A DNA stretch of 64,000 nucleotides from Eledone cirrhosa (GCA_964016885.1 OZ024747.1:86428001-86492000); one strand, 5' to 3'; counted from the first letter of the stretch, positions 1-14,202 are shown. Numbers and translations are program-made. Notes: generated from the letters alone by a model not told the origin.

Positions 1-80
1 ATTTTTAATATGGTATTCCCGAAATATGTATAATGAAATAAATATGGTTATATAAATATAGTTTCCATTTGTTTAATATC

Positions 81-150
<70 letters not shown>

Positions 151-486
151 GATAACAAATTATCGTTATAGGTAATCCAGTTAGAATACTCCGCGTCGTG
201 GATAGTTTTAACGTACGGCTTTGTTTGACTCAACAAGATGTTTCCATAGTTATGCAGCGAGTTCGTGGTAATTTCTATGCAGGTTATACTTGGAGTAATA
301 ATAGTTAAAGAAAGGAGAGTAACATGGTTGGCTGATCAACGAAACAATTGTCAGTAATTTAAATAAAGCCCTTATTGTACAGCAAACCATGTTACTCTTC
401 TTCCTTTAACTATATATATATATCGTGGCGAAAGGTAACCTGGAAAGCAGGGCATGCAGTCCAATCGCCATGGCGGAAAGTGGTGG

Positions 487-760
487 AGTGTGTGCTGTCT
501 TTTTATGTGTCTAGGATTTAGTAAGCAGTCAAAATTCTGCTTGCCCCAAAGCTGTCGTGTGTTTGTGTGTACGTGTGTGTGTGTGTGTGTGTTTTCTTTT
601 TATGTGTCTACAATTTAGTAAGCAGTCAAAATTCTGCTTGCCCCAAAGCTGTCGTGTGTATGTGTGTGTGTGTGTGTTTGTGTGTATGTGTGTGTGTGTG
701 TGTGTGTTATCTTTTTTTGTGTCTATACGTTTTAGTAAGCAGCCAAAATTCTGCTTGCTT
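487..760 (+). repeat. Short tandem repeat, 3 copies of a unit containing TTTAGTAAGCAGTCAAAATTCTGCTTGC separated by (TG)n
   Basis: Core motif seen at about 517, 614 and 730. Confidence 0.8.
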
Positions 761-817
761 CAAACGACGCAATTGATCAACTCAAGATTTTATAACGCAA
801 GCACTGAGCCTTCGCCC

Positions 818-888
<71 letters not shown>

Positions 889-1019
889 GTGAGGTTTTTT
901 TTTACAAAATGAAAAATAACCGAGGTGTCCTACACGAGTGAAAGTGTAAAGAAAAAAAGATGAAATCGAAAATGCAACTGGAGTCTTATTTAAAAAAATA
1001 TATATATATTTATTTGATT

Positions 1020-1060
1020 CCTTTACCGGTTTCGCAGTTCTTCTGCTTTTCAAAAGTAGA
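1020..1060 (-). ncRNA. Minimal type-I hammerhead ribozyme motif, U3-A8 core variant
   Basis: Minus strand: ctt-UUGAAAA-gcag(aagaa)ctgc-GAAA-ccgg-UA-aag; palindromic stem III; stem I only 3 bp. Confidence 0.6.
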
Positions 1061-1099
1061 GTTGAGATGGAGGGTCTGTGGTTTTTCTCACATGTGAGA

Positions 1100-1268
1100 A
1101 AAACCCAGCACTCACTGTAAATGAGGTTGGTGTTAGGAAGGGCATCAAGCCAGAATCAGTTCCTGTATGAGCTAGACAAGGTCAGCTGACTGGACATTGC
1201 CCACAACAGGATAACCCGTCTAACCCATGTTAGCATAGAAGAACGGACGTAAAACGGTGATGATGATA
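1100..1268 (+). mobile_element. 3' part of a SINE with an RTE-like tail
   Basis: GGTGTTAGGAAGGGCATC...CCCATG.TAGCAT...GGACGTAAAACGGTGATGATGAT is shared with the RTE 3' UTR and with copies at about 26607-26860 (-) and 59930-60080 (+). Confidence 0.7.
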
Positions 1269-1329
1269 TATGTATATATATATATATACACGCACACACA
1301 TATATATATTTATTAAAATAACAGATTAA

Positions 1330-1380
1330 AGTTTAAGCAATGAATCGCTGCTTTCACCCTTAACGGGATCTTCTGAAACT
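1330..1380 (-). ncRNA. Degenerate hammerhead ribozyme motif
   Basis: Minus: agttt-CAGAAGA-tcccg ttaa gggt-GAAA-gca...tgc-UU-aaact; core U4 changed to A, probably inactive. Confidence 0.45.
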
Positions 1381-1443
1381 AAAAAAAAAATCAATCTGTG
1401 AACGCAGTCTTCACATTTATTATTATTACTATATATATATATA

Positions 1444-2480
1444 TTAGCAGATTTACCCGGCGTTGCTCGGGGTTTGAAATTATGCTAAGAATATACAGCT
1501 AGGAAGTAAAAGAAGAACATTATTTGTCCCCAACCTGTCAAAATAAGCAGAAGTCTTCAATAATCAATGCAAACGAATATTTAGTGCAATCTTTGTACAC
1601 ATAAAACTATGCTGATAATGAAGGAAAACACTGAAGAGGATGTAGTTATACAAATGATTAAAGACAATACACATTGCAAATCTTTAAAAAAACAGGAGTT
1701 TTGCTAAAGTACAAAAAGTTGTAATGAAAGCTGAGTTGTCTACAAACAAAAAAAACAATGAGAGTAGAATAAGAGAAAATCTATTCTTTGAGAGCATCCT
1801 TTGCTGTGCATGGTTAAATTTTTAACTTATCTCGTCGACTGCCAACTCGTGAGCAGGCAACTTAGAATTGTCCGTGCGAAAAGCAAGGTTCATCCAAGTG
1901 AATTCCAGCGACGGACAGAGTTTGACCTTGCGACTTGTTTATGGACATCGCAAAGGCAACACGAAGGGGAAATTGGGTTCGGCGAAAGGAGAAGGGAGTA
2001 TCCACGCCTGATGTAGTCAGGCTAATTTTTGTTATTATCACATCCTCGCCTTTTCCACATCCGGATAAAATGGTAGCGTCAATACTAAGTGGAGACAGTT
2101 TTTTAACCACAAGGCGTGTACCATTGCATAGTTTTGGAGGAGTGATATTTCTCAGCAAAATAACTGGTGTTCCCTCTTTCAGAACCAATGTATTAGGAGG
2201 TAAACCAATTTCTGAAAAGTTGGTTATCTCCCTTTTTTATAAGGATTGTCAATAAAGTTTGTTATCTCCCTTACATCAATTTTTCTACCGATAATTTTGA
2301 TATTGATTTTTTATTGCTCAACGTGGGTCGATTTGAAAAATGTTTGTGATGTGACAATCTTAGCGACTTGTGCAACGTGCACAGAAAATTTGGTCAAATT
2401 CAGTTGGTAATTGTGAAAGCCTTATCCATGCAAAGTTGTACACAGACACTCACACATCCTCGCTTTTATATATATAAAGA
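1444..2480 (-). mobile_element. Internally deleted Helitron with a PIF1-like helicase remnant
   Basis: Minus strand starts A|TC (2480), ends with the hairpin CCCGAGCAACGCCGGG followed by CTAA|T (CTRR, 1444). ORF 1862-2188 has the Helitron helicase motifs LLRN..PPKLCNGTRL and RxQFPLRVAFAMSINKSQGQTL..AG...CFSHGQ. Confidence 0.85.
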
Positions 2481-2482
2481 TA

Positions 2483-3444
<962 letters not shown>

Positions 3445-3645
3445 ATAAATGCTCTGAAATAGCGATATATATGTGAATATAGACATAGAATATTCGAAAA
3501 TATGAATGAAACGCGTAGATTACTTCCCTTGCTTTTATCGAGAATCTAATTGTAATACGTGACGTATTCTATTCTATAGCGATTAGGTCTTCAAAATGTT
3601 TATTATAAACATACAGAATATTTTCGAATATTCTATGTCTATATT

Positions 3646-3702
<57 letters not shown>

Positions 3703-3826
3703 CGAAGGAAATGTGGTAAGGAACCAGGTGGACCATAACGCACCAAAGTACTCAATACTTAGGGTAGTAGAGTCCAGAATTAGCCGTCGAAACGGCTTGA
3801 GCTCAGCCGTCGGAGTCTTACTGGTT

Positions 3827-3900
<74 letters not shown>

Positions 3901-3915
3901 CATGTATATATGGCT

Positions 3916-3950
<35 letters not shown>

Positions 3951-4724
3951 GTACATTTATCAGATGGCTGCATTTCAATTTCAAGAATTGCCACCACCTG
4001 ATTCCCCCTCCTCACACATGTGTGTCAGGAACATGACTATCTAGCCCTGCCAAAAATTTACATTCCTTTCTAGATATGTTGCAGTGATGAACATTACCTT
4101 CACTTTGGTTCCCTGTTTTGTTTGGTGAGCCTTCAAATGAGGCTCACCAAAGATCTATTGACTGAGACACATTGTGCAGAAAGAAATGCCAGAGACCATA
4201 ATAGGCAACATTTTGTTTATGGATTCTCTAGTGGTTTCTTAGACCAGCTTTACTGAGACAAATCTGGCCACACTCATTGCACATAAAGTCATTTTGAGCA
4301 TCTGAAAATGCAGGTAAAGTAATATCATGTACACCCTTTGCAAACCACTCTTTAATTTTTCATGTTCCATATGAGATTTTTCAAATTTCAGTTTTCCATT
4401 AAACACTGTTTCCTCCAAGATGATTGATCTAAAAAGCAATGTCATCCTAATTATCTTCTCTGCTTTTTTATTTATCAAAGCTCTTTTGATGCAGTCTATA
4501 CCTCATTTTTGGTTTATACCTTGGTCGTTTACCTTTGACTAACTTCCCCATACAGTAACTACTTAGGAATATGATCATCTGGAATTCTTACAACATGTGG
4601 CCACTCCAACATCACTTATATGTGACTGCCCATGTATATGGCGTGTTTGGCAAATACACTGTTGGTGAAAATGTTCAATCAATTTTATATTTTGCTGGTA
4701 TATGAACCAAGATTCATATGCATA

Positions 4725-5015
4725 CAATAATTGTTTCTACTTTTAGCATAAGGCCAGCAATTACCCAGTACATTACTGGTACTTTATTTTATCGACTACA
4801 TAAGGATGAAAGGCAAAGTTAACCTTGACAGGATTTGAACTCAGACCGTAACTATGCTAGAAAGCATGATGTCCAACCCTCTACTGATACTGCCAATTTA
4901 CTGTCCTTCATATGCATACAATAATTGTTTCTACTTTTTGGCACAAGGCCAGCAATTACCCAGTGCATTACTGGTACTTTATTTTATCGACCCCGTAAGG
5001 ATGAAAGGCAAAGTT
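4725..5015 (-). mobile_element. tRNA-derived SINE plus a tandem partial copy
   Basis: Same family as 31181-31363 (GAGTTCAAATCC B-box-like head, TTTGCCTTTCATCC, AAAGTACCAG); flank TTCATATGCATACAATAATTG is duplicated at about 4713 and 4907. Confidence 0.75.
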
Positions 5016-5018
5016 ATG

Positions 5019-5069
<51 letters not shown>

Positions 5070-5074
5070 GTATA

Positions 5075-5128
<54 letters not shown>

Positions 5129-5162
5129 ATATATAACAACCGTTGGGGGTCATGACTCTATT

Positions 5163-5293
<131 letters not shown>

Positions 5294-5329
5294 AGAGTCA
5301 GGACCCCAACGGTTGATATATATATATAC

Positions 5330-5418
<89 letters not shown>

Positions 5419-5448
5419 CATATATATATATACATATATATATATATA

Positions 5449-5535
<87 letters not shown>

Positions 5536-5559
5536 AGAGTCATGACCTCAACGGTTGTT

Positions 5560-5601
<42 letters not shown>

Positions 5602-5725
5602 GTAGGAGGTGAGTTTTATTGTAGTACAATAAAGCAATGCAGATATCGGATAAGAAGCACTCTACAGTTTGTAGGACTGGAGTATGCATAATATAAGATC
5701 AAAAGATGGTTAAAGGAGTTCCATG

Positions 5726-5796
5726 TATTTTATTATGCGCATTTCAAAAACAAACATCATCATGCAATAATATTTGTGTTTTCATCAGATAAAACA
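5726..5796 (-). ncRNA. Type-I hammerhead ribozyme (inverted copy of 7389-7459)
   Basis: Reverse complement of the 7389-7459 motif. Confidence 0.75.
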
Positions 5797-6132
5797 GGAG
5801 AACATGATATGAAGGCTAAAAAACACTTGTGGATAGTGCAGTTTTAAATCAACATATGAAAAGTGGTTTTAGATTGATGTGTGATATTGGGAAAAAATAT
5901 TTTATTTAGAGAGGGGGGGGTTTGGAAAGGATGAAAAGGGAAGGAGATGAGAGGGAGAGATGGGTGATAGAGAGAAAGAGATAGTTTTTATAACTGAGAG
6001 GAGATATATTTTTTACATAGAGAGGTTGAAAACCGTTGGAAGATACTGTATAAATTAAAAATTTTGAAAATTAACGAAGGGAGGATATGTGCGAGGAAAA
6101 AATATTTTATTTAGGGAGGGGGGGGGGGATGA

Positions 6133-6399
6133 AAATACAAACTTAAAAGAACTAACACTGCTCTCTCAGAACTCATATGGTCCTTAAAAGACAAAAACAT
6201 TAAATATACCATCTTTTGGAAGAAGATTTCTTCTGCATCCTCATACTTGAACAGCTCTCTATCTAAAATCTGTAATCTCTGCCTAAATGAAAAATTTACC
6301 ATTATCTCTAACCTAGATTCTATAATAAATAGACGCACAGATTTGTTTTCTATCTGCCTGCATAAATTCCATAGAACTTTTCACAAAGTATACAGTTAA
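6133..6399 (+). pseudogene. C-terminal part of a Penelope-type GIY-YIG endonuclease
   Basis: Open frame without ATG: TALSELIWSLKDKNIKYTIFWKKISSASSY...KICNLCLNEKFTII...INRRTDLFSICLHKF, resembling the PLE motif TELSKHIW.LK...W......Y....CNLCL.EK...LNKRSEL...C.H. Confidence 0.75.
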
Positions 6400-7388
6400 T
6401 ATTCAATTCTTTATCAATTTAGAATCTTTTCTCAAAGGCACATATACATACACCTCTTTAAAATATACCCATCTACCTTACTTTAAAGGGCATTATACAC
6501 TCTGTAATACTTGTTTACTCATTACCCTCATTCTATCTTCACCTTGTAAAATCATAACATATACAATATTCATCCGCAATCATTATTATTTTTTCTCTCT
6601 ATCATAAATCTTTTTAATCTCAATTTCATCCTTAATTTATTATTTTTTTCTCCCCATCAACGAACTCATTATTAATACATATTAACTCTTTATTCGCATA
6701 TATTATCAATTCAACCAATATACAAACTTTAACTTCACATTATTTTTCTCAAATCCTTCTACACACAAACCTTAATAATTTTTCTCTTCGTTAATTTTGA
6801 AATTGCCACAATATATACATTCCTTTTTTTGACGTTAGAATATTCATCCACAATTATTATTTTTTTCTCTCTATCTTCATACATAATTTCCCTTCGTTAA
6901 TTTTCAAATTCCTTTAATTTATACATTATCTTCCAACGGTTCCCAACCTCTCTATGTTAAAACAATATATCTTTTTCTCAGTTATAAAAACTATCTCTTT
7001 CTCTCTATCACCCAACTCTCCCTCTCCACCTTCACTCTCATCTCCTCCCCCCTTTTTTTCATCCCCCCCTCCCTAAATAAAATATTTTTTCCTCGCACAT
7101 ATCCTCCCTTCGTTAATTTTCAAAATTTTTAATTCATACAGTATCTTCCAACGGTTTTCAACCTCTCTATGTAAAAAATATATCTCCTCTCAGTTATAAA
7201 AACTATCTCTTTCTCTATATCACCCATCTCTCCCTCTCATCTCCTTCCCTTTTCATCCTTTCCACTCCCCCCTCTCTAAATAAAATATTTTTTCCCAATA
7301 TCACACATCAATCTAAAACCACTTTTCATATGTTGATTTAAAACTGCACTATCCACAAGTGTTTTTTAGCCTTCATATCATGTTCTCC

Positions 7389-7459
7389 TGTTTTATCTGA
7401 TGAAAACACAAATATTATTGCATGATGATGTTTGTTTTTGAAATGCGCATAATAAAATA
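7389..7459 (+). ncRNA. Type-I hammerhead ribozyme with intact core
   Basis: tgttttat-CUGAUGA(7397-7403)-long stem II-GAAA(7440-7443)-uGCGCa-UA^-ataaaata; palindromic minimal stem III as in PLE hammerheads; predicted cleavage after 7451. Confidence 0.8.
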
Positions 7460-7489
7460 CATGGAACTCCTTTAACCATCTTTTGATCT

Positions 7490-7527
<38 letters not shown>

Positions 7528-7928
7528 ACAAGGCGGTGCCCCAGCATGGCCTCAGCCGGATGGCTGAAACAGGTAAAAGAGTAAAAGAGTAATATATATA
7601 TACATATATACACAGTTCAAGAGTAACCAATCTTAAAGAGAGAGATGGAGATAGTAGAGGAGATATGAGAGGAGAGATTGGTGAGTTAGTTAGAAGCCGA
7701 AGCGTAAAGGTATGTGCTCAATGTGCAATATGCAGTAGAAAGCAGCTAGGTGGCTGGGTTCATGCAGAAGTTAGGTGCACAGAGCTGGAAATATTCATTA
7801 GTTAAGCAAAACAAGACCACAAATTTCACAAGGAAGACATTATTAAAAGATTGTCAACATATTTTAGTTTGATGTAAGGAATGTAGAGAATAATAATAAT
7901 AATATTAATAATAATAATGTCCGTTTAC

Positions 7929-8410
7929 AATTGTTTCGCTACTCCATATAATATTTCTGGATCAGATGACTATATATCATAATTGATCTGGTTCAGTTGA
8001 AAATAATTAACATATTTAAGAAACAGAGTGGCTCATCGGAACTTCAAAGGAATATAAATTAAAATAATGGGATAATGTTACATAATATAATGTTCCATAT
8101 ATTGGTTTATACCATGGTGTCTTGGTTGCATCAGCTGTCAGCCATAATCAAGCAGTATTCATCTGTCGAGGCTGCATTGTGTGAGATCTGCCTATGGCTG
8201 ACAGCTGATGCAACCAAGACACCATGGTATAAACCAATATATGGAACATTATATTATGTAACATTATCCCATTATTTTAATTTATATTCCTTTGAAGTTC
8301 CGATGAGCCACTCTGTTTTTTAAATATGTTAATTATTTTCAACTGAACCCGATCAATTATGATATATAGTCATCTGATCCAGAAATATTATATGGAGTAG
8401 CGAAACAATT
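7929..8410. repeat. Near-perfect palindrome (218-bp arms, 46-bp loop), probably an inverted Penelope pLTR junction
   Basis: 7929-8146 is the reverse complement of 8193-8410; decayed CTGATG../GAAAC motifs in the right arm and at 8549-8657. Confidence 0.85.
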
Positions 8411-9084
8411 TTCTCCTTGGTCACTCCATTCGATTAGTTCACTTCGTTTTTGCCTCTTTCCTTTTTTCTCTTTCTTCCTCTCTCTTCATTATCTTATCTG
8501 TTCTTCCCCTCAGGGCCTTTTGTGTGATAAAAGGCCTTGGGCACGCTGCTGATTGATTTCGATGTCCTGTTTTAAGTGCCGAAACATCTATGATCTGCAG
8601 TTAACAGCTGATGAAGGGTTTCTTCTCTTGTTTCGTCCATATTACCATCTTAAACTATATATATATTTATATATGTGTGCGTGTGTATCAGTGTCTGCAT
8701 ATATATTTACTGTGTTTTTATATCTAGTTCAACAAAAAGTGACAAAAGATTTGATACGCCACCCTCTCCTCAATGTAAAAACCTTGTTTGATGTTAAAAT
8801 ACTTAATCAAGAAACTTACATTAAAAAAAAAGACAGTTTAATTAATAATGCAGCTTTAAATTTACTATATTAGGTAAAATTATAAGACAAATATTCAACT
8901 TGCTCCCCTAAGGAAACTATGCCTAATTGGAATGGAAAGAAAAGGGCCTTCTCTGATCATGACTGACTGACTATCGGTTTGCCTTTCTAAGCTACAATCC
9001 CAAATAAGGTGTTTTTTGGAAGATTAGCAGTTGTTCATGTATATCATTATCCCTTCTTCTCAATAATAAACTGTTGTCCAAGAG

Positions 9085-9275
9085 AAAGATAAGGGTTGAT
9101 ACAGCTTGGTACTAGTACCATTGCAGCTCAACGTTTTCAGTTGAGTGTACTGGAACAACATGAAATAAAGTGTTTTGCTCAAGAACACAATGTGCTACAT
9201 AATTCGGGAATCAAAATCACAATCTTACAATCATGAGTCCAGCACTCTAACCCCTTAGCTACATTCTTTCACTTT
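9085..9275 (-). mobile_element. tRNA-derived CORE-type SINE
   Basis: Minus strand ..GGTTAGAGTGCTGGACT..GTTCTTGAGCAAAACACTTTATTTCATGTTGTTCCAGTACACTCA; related copies near 51750, 52020, 59760, 60130-60440, 61230-61460 and 63915. Confidence 0.65.
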
Positions 9276-10158
9276 TCTGTTAATAATAGCAACCAAATTT
9301 CCCTTAAGTCACACCCTTCTGTCTTGAGGAAGGAAGGTCCTAGATACACTGTGTTTGAAAACAAACCAGCGAGGAGGCATCTACATGCTAGAAATTGTAA
9401 CCAAATCTCCTTCAAATCCCATTGGATAATATAGTCAGGAAGAAGAAGGAAGATTAGATTAAATAGAAATCAGCAACAGTAACAACAACACTGACAATAG
9501 TATTGACAACAATGCTTAGAAGAAGTACAACAATAGCAACAACAAAAATAACAACAGCAGATATTAAACTATAGCAGAAATACCTCGAACAACAATAGTA
9601 GTAATAACAGTTGCAACATCAGTAACATCATCATCATCATCATCATCAACAACAACACCTAGATTAGCAGCAGCAGCATCATAATTACCACCACCACATT
9701 CACCCCCCCCCCCATCAACAACAGCATCAGCAACAGTGAGAGGATTAGAAAAATAAAGATATATCTACCTATACAAAAAAATAAATACAATAAGTAACAT
9801 ACACACACACATGCACAAAAGATACACACACACATGCACACTGTTAATCACAAACACATTAATATCTTGTCACACGCACACACACATGTACCAAGAAACA
9901 AAATTTCACCTGTCTAACAACAGGCTTATTTATAATACTACTAGTAATATTAAAAGCAGTGTCAGAGCTTGAACAGATTTTAAATACTCATGATGGAAAG
10001 GAGTAAAGTACTTCATTTATGCAGCGAGTGACTTGATTGTAAGATAACTGTAAGTGAAAGAGACCCAAACTCTTGGCTGTCAAGGTCTCTATATATTTAT
10101 CTATCTATCTATATATATCTCCCCTTTTCTCTCTGTCTCTCTCTCTCTCTCATTTATA

Positions 10159-10290
<132 letters not shown>

Positions 10291-10605
10291 ATGCATATAT
10301 GTATATGTATATATTTCACACACTCATCATCACCACCAACAACAACAATAAAAACAAGAGATCATATCTACAGACTCCAAGTGGTGAGATTGATTGTTGC
10401 ACAATGAAACAGCTATGACTGAGAATCAAACCTGGGGTGGCTAACTTAACTCATGGATTAAGCTATTCTTGCACATCAGGCCCTTCACTGCTGCAAACAT
10501 TAACACCATTTATAAAACAACAGCTGGTTATAAACTAATGTTTATTGGTACAGGAAAGGAGTACATTCATGTTTCTTTGTTTTCTTTTTTCTTTCTCTTT
10601 TCCTC

Positions 10606-11093
10606 CCTCTTTACAACACTAAAGTTAAGACCATGAGGCCACACCAATAAATGCACCCTCTCTTTACAACACTAAAGTTAAGACCATGAGGCCACACCAA
10701 TAAATGCACCCTCTCTTTACAACACTAAAGTTAAGACCATGAGGCCACACCAATAAATGCACCCTCTCTTTACAACACTAAAGTTAAGACCATGAGGCCA
10801 CACCAATAAATGCACCCTCTCTTTACAACACTAAAGTTAAGACCATGAGGCCACACCAATAAATGCACCCCCTCTTTACAACACTAAAGTTAAGACCATG
10901 AGGCCACACCAATAAATGCACCCTCTCTTTACAACACTAAAGTTAAGACAACACCAAAATACACACCCATATTTACAACACTAAAGTTGATATACACAAG
11001 TCCACATTAAGGCTACACCTCCTCTTTACAAAATCTAAAGTCGAGACCATGAGACCACGCCATCAACACCCCCCCCCCCTCTTTACAACACTA
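10606..11093 (+). repeat. 53-bp minisatellite (about 6 near-perfect and 3 degenerate units)
   Basis: Unit CTCTCTTTACAACACTAAAGTTAAGACCATGAGGCCACACCAATAAATGCACC repeated head to tail. Confidence 0.95.
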
Positions 11094-11665
11094 AGGTGCT
11101 ATAAAACTGATTGAGACCACAAGGATTCTCAGTGATTTAAATCTTAACATTCTGAACAGTATGAAACCATACTAGCAAGACAGTCTTGAAAAGTACTAAA
11201 CAGTACTATAACTGCATCACTTTATAATTAAAGTCATTAGTTTAATACTGCAAATTCTCACAATGATCTATCTACTATTAAAAGATAGTGTAAACAGTTG
11301 AATGAACAAACCTGTTTTTAGGTATTTTCTGCCATATCATTACAGGATGTTAAGAGTTAATGGAACATACTAAAATTAAAATTCTGATGTACAGACAATG
11401 ATACACAGAAAAATACACACTTATAACAAACACATCATAATTCACCCCAACCCCACTGTGAGATAACCCTGCCCTGCTGGCTGTCATAAGATCCCCATAG
11501 CAAAACTATTGAGAATGACTGTGAGAGAGGCAAAGTTTGAGTCTTTACATAAAGGTAAGAGAGCAAGTGGTTTGTTTGTTCCAGTATCACTATCATTGAT
11601 ACTTACCCACCTATAACAAATCAACACACCCACCTCATTAAACAATACATATATACAAACGAAAT

Positions 11666-11696
<31 letters not shown>

Positions 11697-11752
11697 TGTA
11701 TGGAACTAGCTGTTGAAATAGCAACAGGCTCAGCCATCGAGGACCTGACTCA

Positions 11753-11811
<59 letters not shown>

Positions 11812-12707
11812 TGCACTGCTTCCTCTTTCTCTGTCTCTTTCTTTCCTTTCACTATTGCCCTATCCATTTATCTAGCTACCTTTAAACTGAACAATGATAA
11901 CATCACAACGATGACACCACCACCACTACTATCAACACTAGCAGCAGCGAAAGAGCAAAAAATAATTTTCATACATTTCTTTCGAAAAACAAAAAGGCAT
12001 TTAAAAACAACAACCCAACACCTCCTAAAAATATACTTGTAGAAAGGGTGTAAATAAAGTAAAATGGAGCCTTTGTAAAGTTATATGGATATATATTTGA
12101 ATTTAACCAGAGAAACAAACGGATACAACTAATCTAACTTGTGTCAAGTGTCATGCTGAGTCAAATGTCCACTTTGGAAATTCTTAACAATGACCACTTC
12201 ATATAAACATTTCAGAAAAACTCAGTAGATTTTCAAACTATTTTTTCAAACTTTCACAAACATCACCACTTTATATACAAATTATTATTTTTGTTAGTAG
12301 GGGTAGTAGTAGTATTTTAAAAGATTTTTTTAATTATATATATATGGCAGGTCTGGCCTTGCTTCAAACAATCTAGTTTGAAGCGAGCAACCCTCTATTG
12401 GAATTGTACCATAAATTTATATCTATAACTACATCTATATCTACTCTGCACATAAATATGTATTGAGTACTGTCTGATTTATGCTCTTTCCAGTCTTTGA
12501 ATAAATAAGTACCTCCCTCACACACAAACACAAAGTGACATATACAAACATACACATATAACACTCATATATATATAGTAATAATAAATGTGAAGTCTAT
12601 AAATATAGAAGAATATATAGACACAGATATATAACGAGATAGATAGATATATCTCCACTGATATGCAGTTATAGAAATATTTATGTTTCTCTTTGAAATT
12701 GCTAAAC

Positions 12708-12791
12708 ATGGAAGTAAAAGCTATTGTGATACATTTGGGATTAATCTACCTGGGATTACTGCTGCCAAAAGTCATGGGAGAAGACAATTCT
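12708..12791 (+). CDS. Putative first coding exon (signal peptide) of an FN3-repeat cell-surface protein
   Basis: aaacATGG Kozak context; MEVKAIVIHLGLIYLGLLLPKVMGEDNS is a hydrophobic signal peptide; donor GTAAGT in phase 0 matches the acceptor at 39170. Confidence 0.7.
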
Positions 12792-13855
12792 GTAAGTAAA
12801 ATGTTTATATTAACTTTCCTTCTAATATTGCAGTTGTTGCTGAGTTGTGTGACATGGTGGTGTTGTGTATAGTCTGTTATGGTGTAGTGTTGTACAATAT
12901 ACTCTATTTTACATTAACCCTTAGTGCTAGTGCCATGTTAAAATGCATCCAGCTGTAGAAACCATGCTAAAAATTGAATGTATGAGCAAGATGGGTTTCT
13001 TTGACTTGTCTAGTCTTGAACCGTGATATCTCATAAAACCCATGGACATAAAATGATGATGAGCATAATGGGATGAGGATTGATGATAATGATGGTGGTG
13101 GTGGTGATGATGATGTTGATGATGATGATATATATATATATACAGTTTTCCCATGTTGAAAAAACGCGAATATTGGATATGGTCCATAAAAATGTCTATA
13201 AACATCAAAACATAATGTAAAATATAGGCTGGCAAATATGGTATATTGTTATTGATAATTTAGCATTAAAAAACATGAAAGAATATATGTTGCCTCAAAA
13301 AAAGCCATAAAATATTGTAGAAGATATTTACGATTCCGCGAATATGTGGTGGTTTCCACAAACAATTAGGTTCTAAGGAAAATTTCACGAATAACTGGGA
13401 TCACAAATGCCAGGAGTACACTGTATAAATATCTATATATCTATATATCTATATACATATATATATATATCTATCTATATATATATATAGATATATATAT
13501 ATAGATATATCATCATCATCATCATCATCGATTAACGTCCATCTTCCACGCTAGCATGGGTTAGATATATATGTGTACATGTGTGTGCGTATTGACTATC
13601 CTTTTGATAACAACTAAATATATATCTTGAAGATTCATATGAAAGATGCAAGCACTATATTCAAATTATACATGTTTTATTATTATTGTTTTCACCCAAC
13701 TGATAATTAATATCTTATTACATCTCCACATAATTATAGTTTATCAATATATACATATATATATTGATAGTCTGCAGTACTTGGACTAGGAAGACCACAA
13801 ATCAAAGAAGTACTCGACACATGGTATGATCAGAGTGGGTATATTAGTAAAAGTA

Positions 13856-13921
13856 GAGGATCTACCATGAGCTTGGCTGTTTCAGCTAGTTACTTCTAGC
13901 CTTCATCAGGAAAATTTCTCG
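13856..13921 (-). ncRNA. Hammerhead ribozyme motif in a short Penelope-type module (about 13760-13930)
   Basis: Minus: CUGAUGA-aggctag aagtaa ctagct-GAAA-c...g-UA-gatcctc; core intact, stem I weak. Confidence 0.55.
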
Positions 13922-13941
13922 AATTTCGATATGTATATATT

Positions 13942-13981
<40 letters not shown>

Positions 13982-14148
13982 CAAACATCATCATCCCCAT
14001 TTTTATGTCTGTTTTTCCATGCTTGAATGGTTTGGACTACATATATATATAATAATGAAGTCAGTGTATTTGAATATTACATCATTTTATTGATTATCTT
14101 GTTACTGTTATATATATTTCAGTGGTATCTATTATATAATAGATACAA

Positions 14149-14202
<54 letters not shown>

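Larger units (their letters stand above)
5601..7497 (+). mobile_element. 5'-truncated Penelope-like element with an inverted pLTR copy at its 5' end
   Basis: About 440-bp near-perfect inverted arms (5689-6133 vs 7057-7497), GIY-YIG C-terminal remnant between them, a hammerhead in each arm, (TA)n on both sides. Confidence 0.8.

Noticed and set aside
10606-11093. Regular repeat array as a possible CRISPR
   Set aside because: Units are contiguous with no unique spacers, there are no cas genes, and the context is eukaryotic.
13143-13423. Possible Tigger-like MITE (TA-CAGT...ACTG-TA)
   Set aside because: Terminal inverted repeats too degenerate to support a call by eye.
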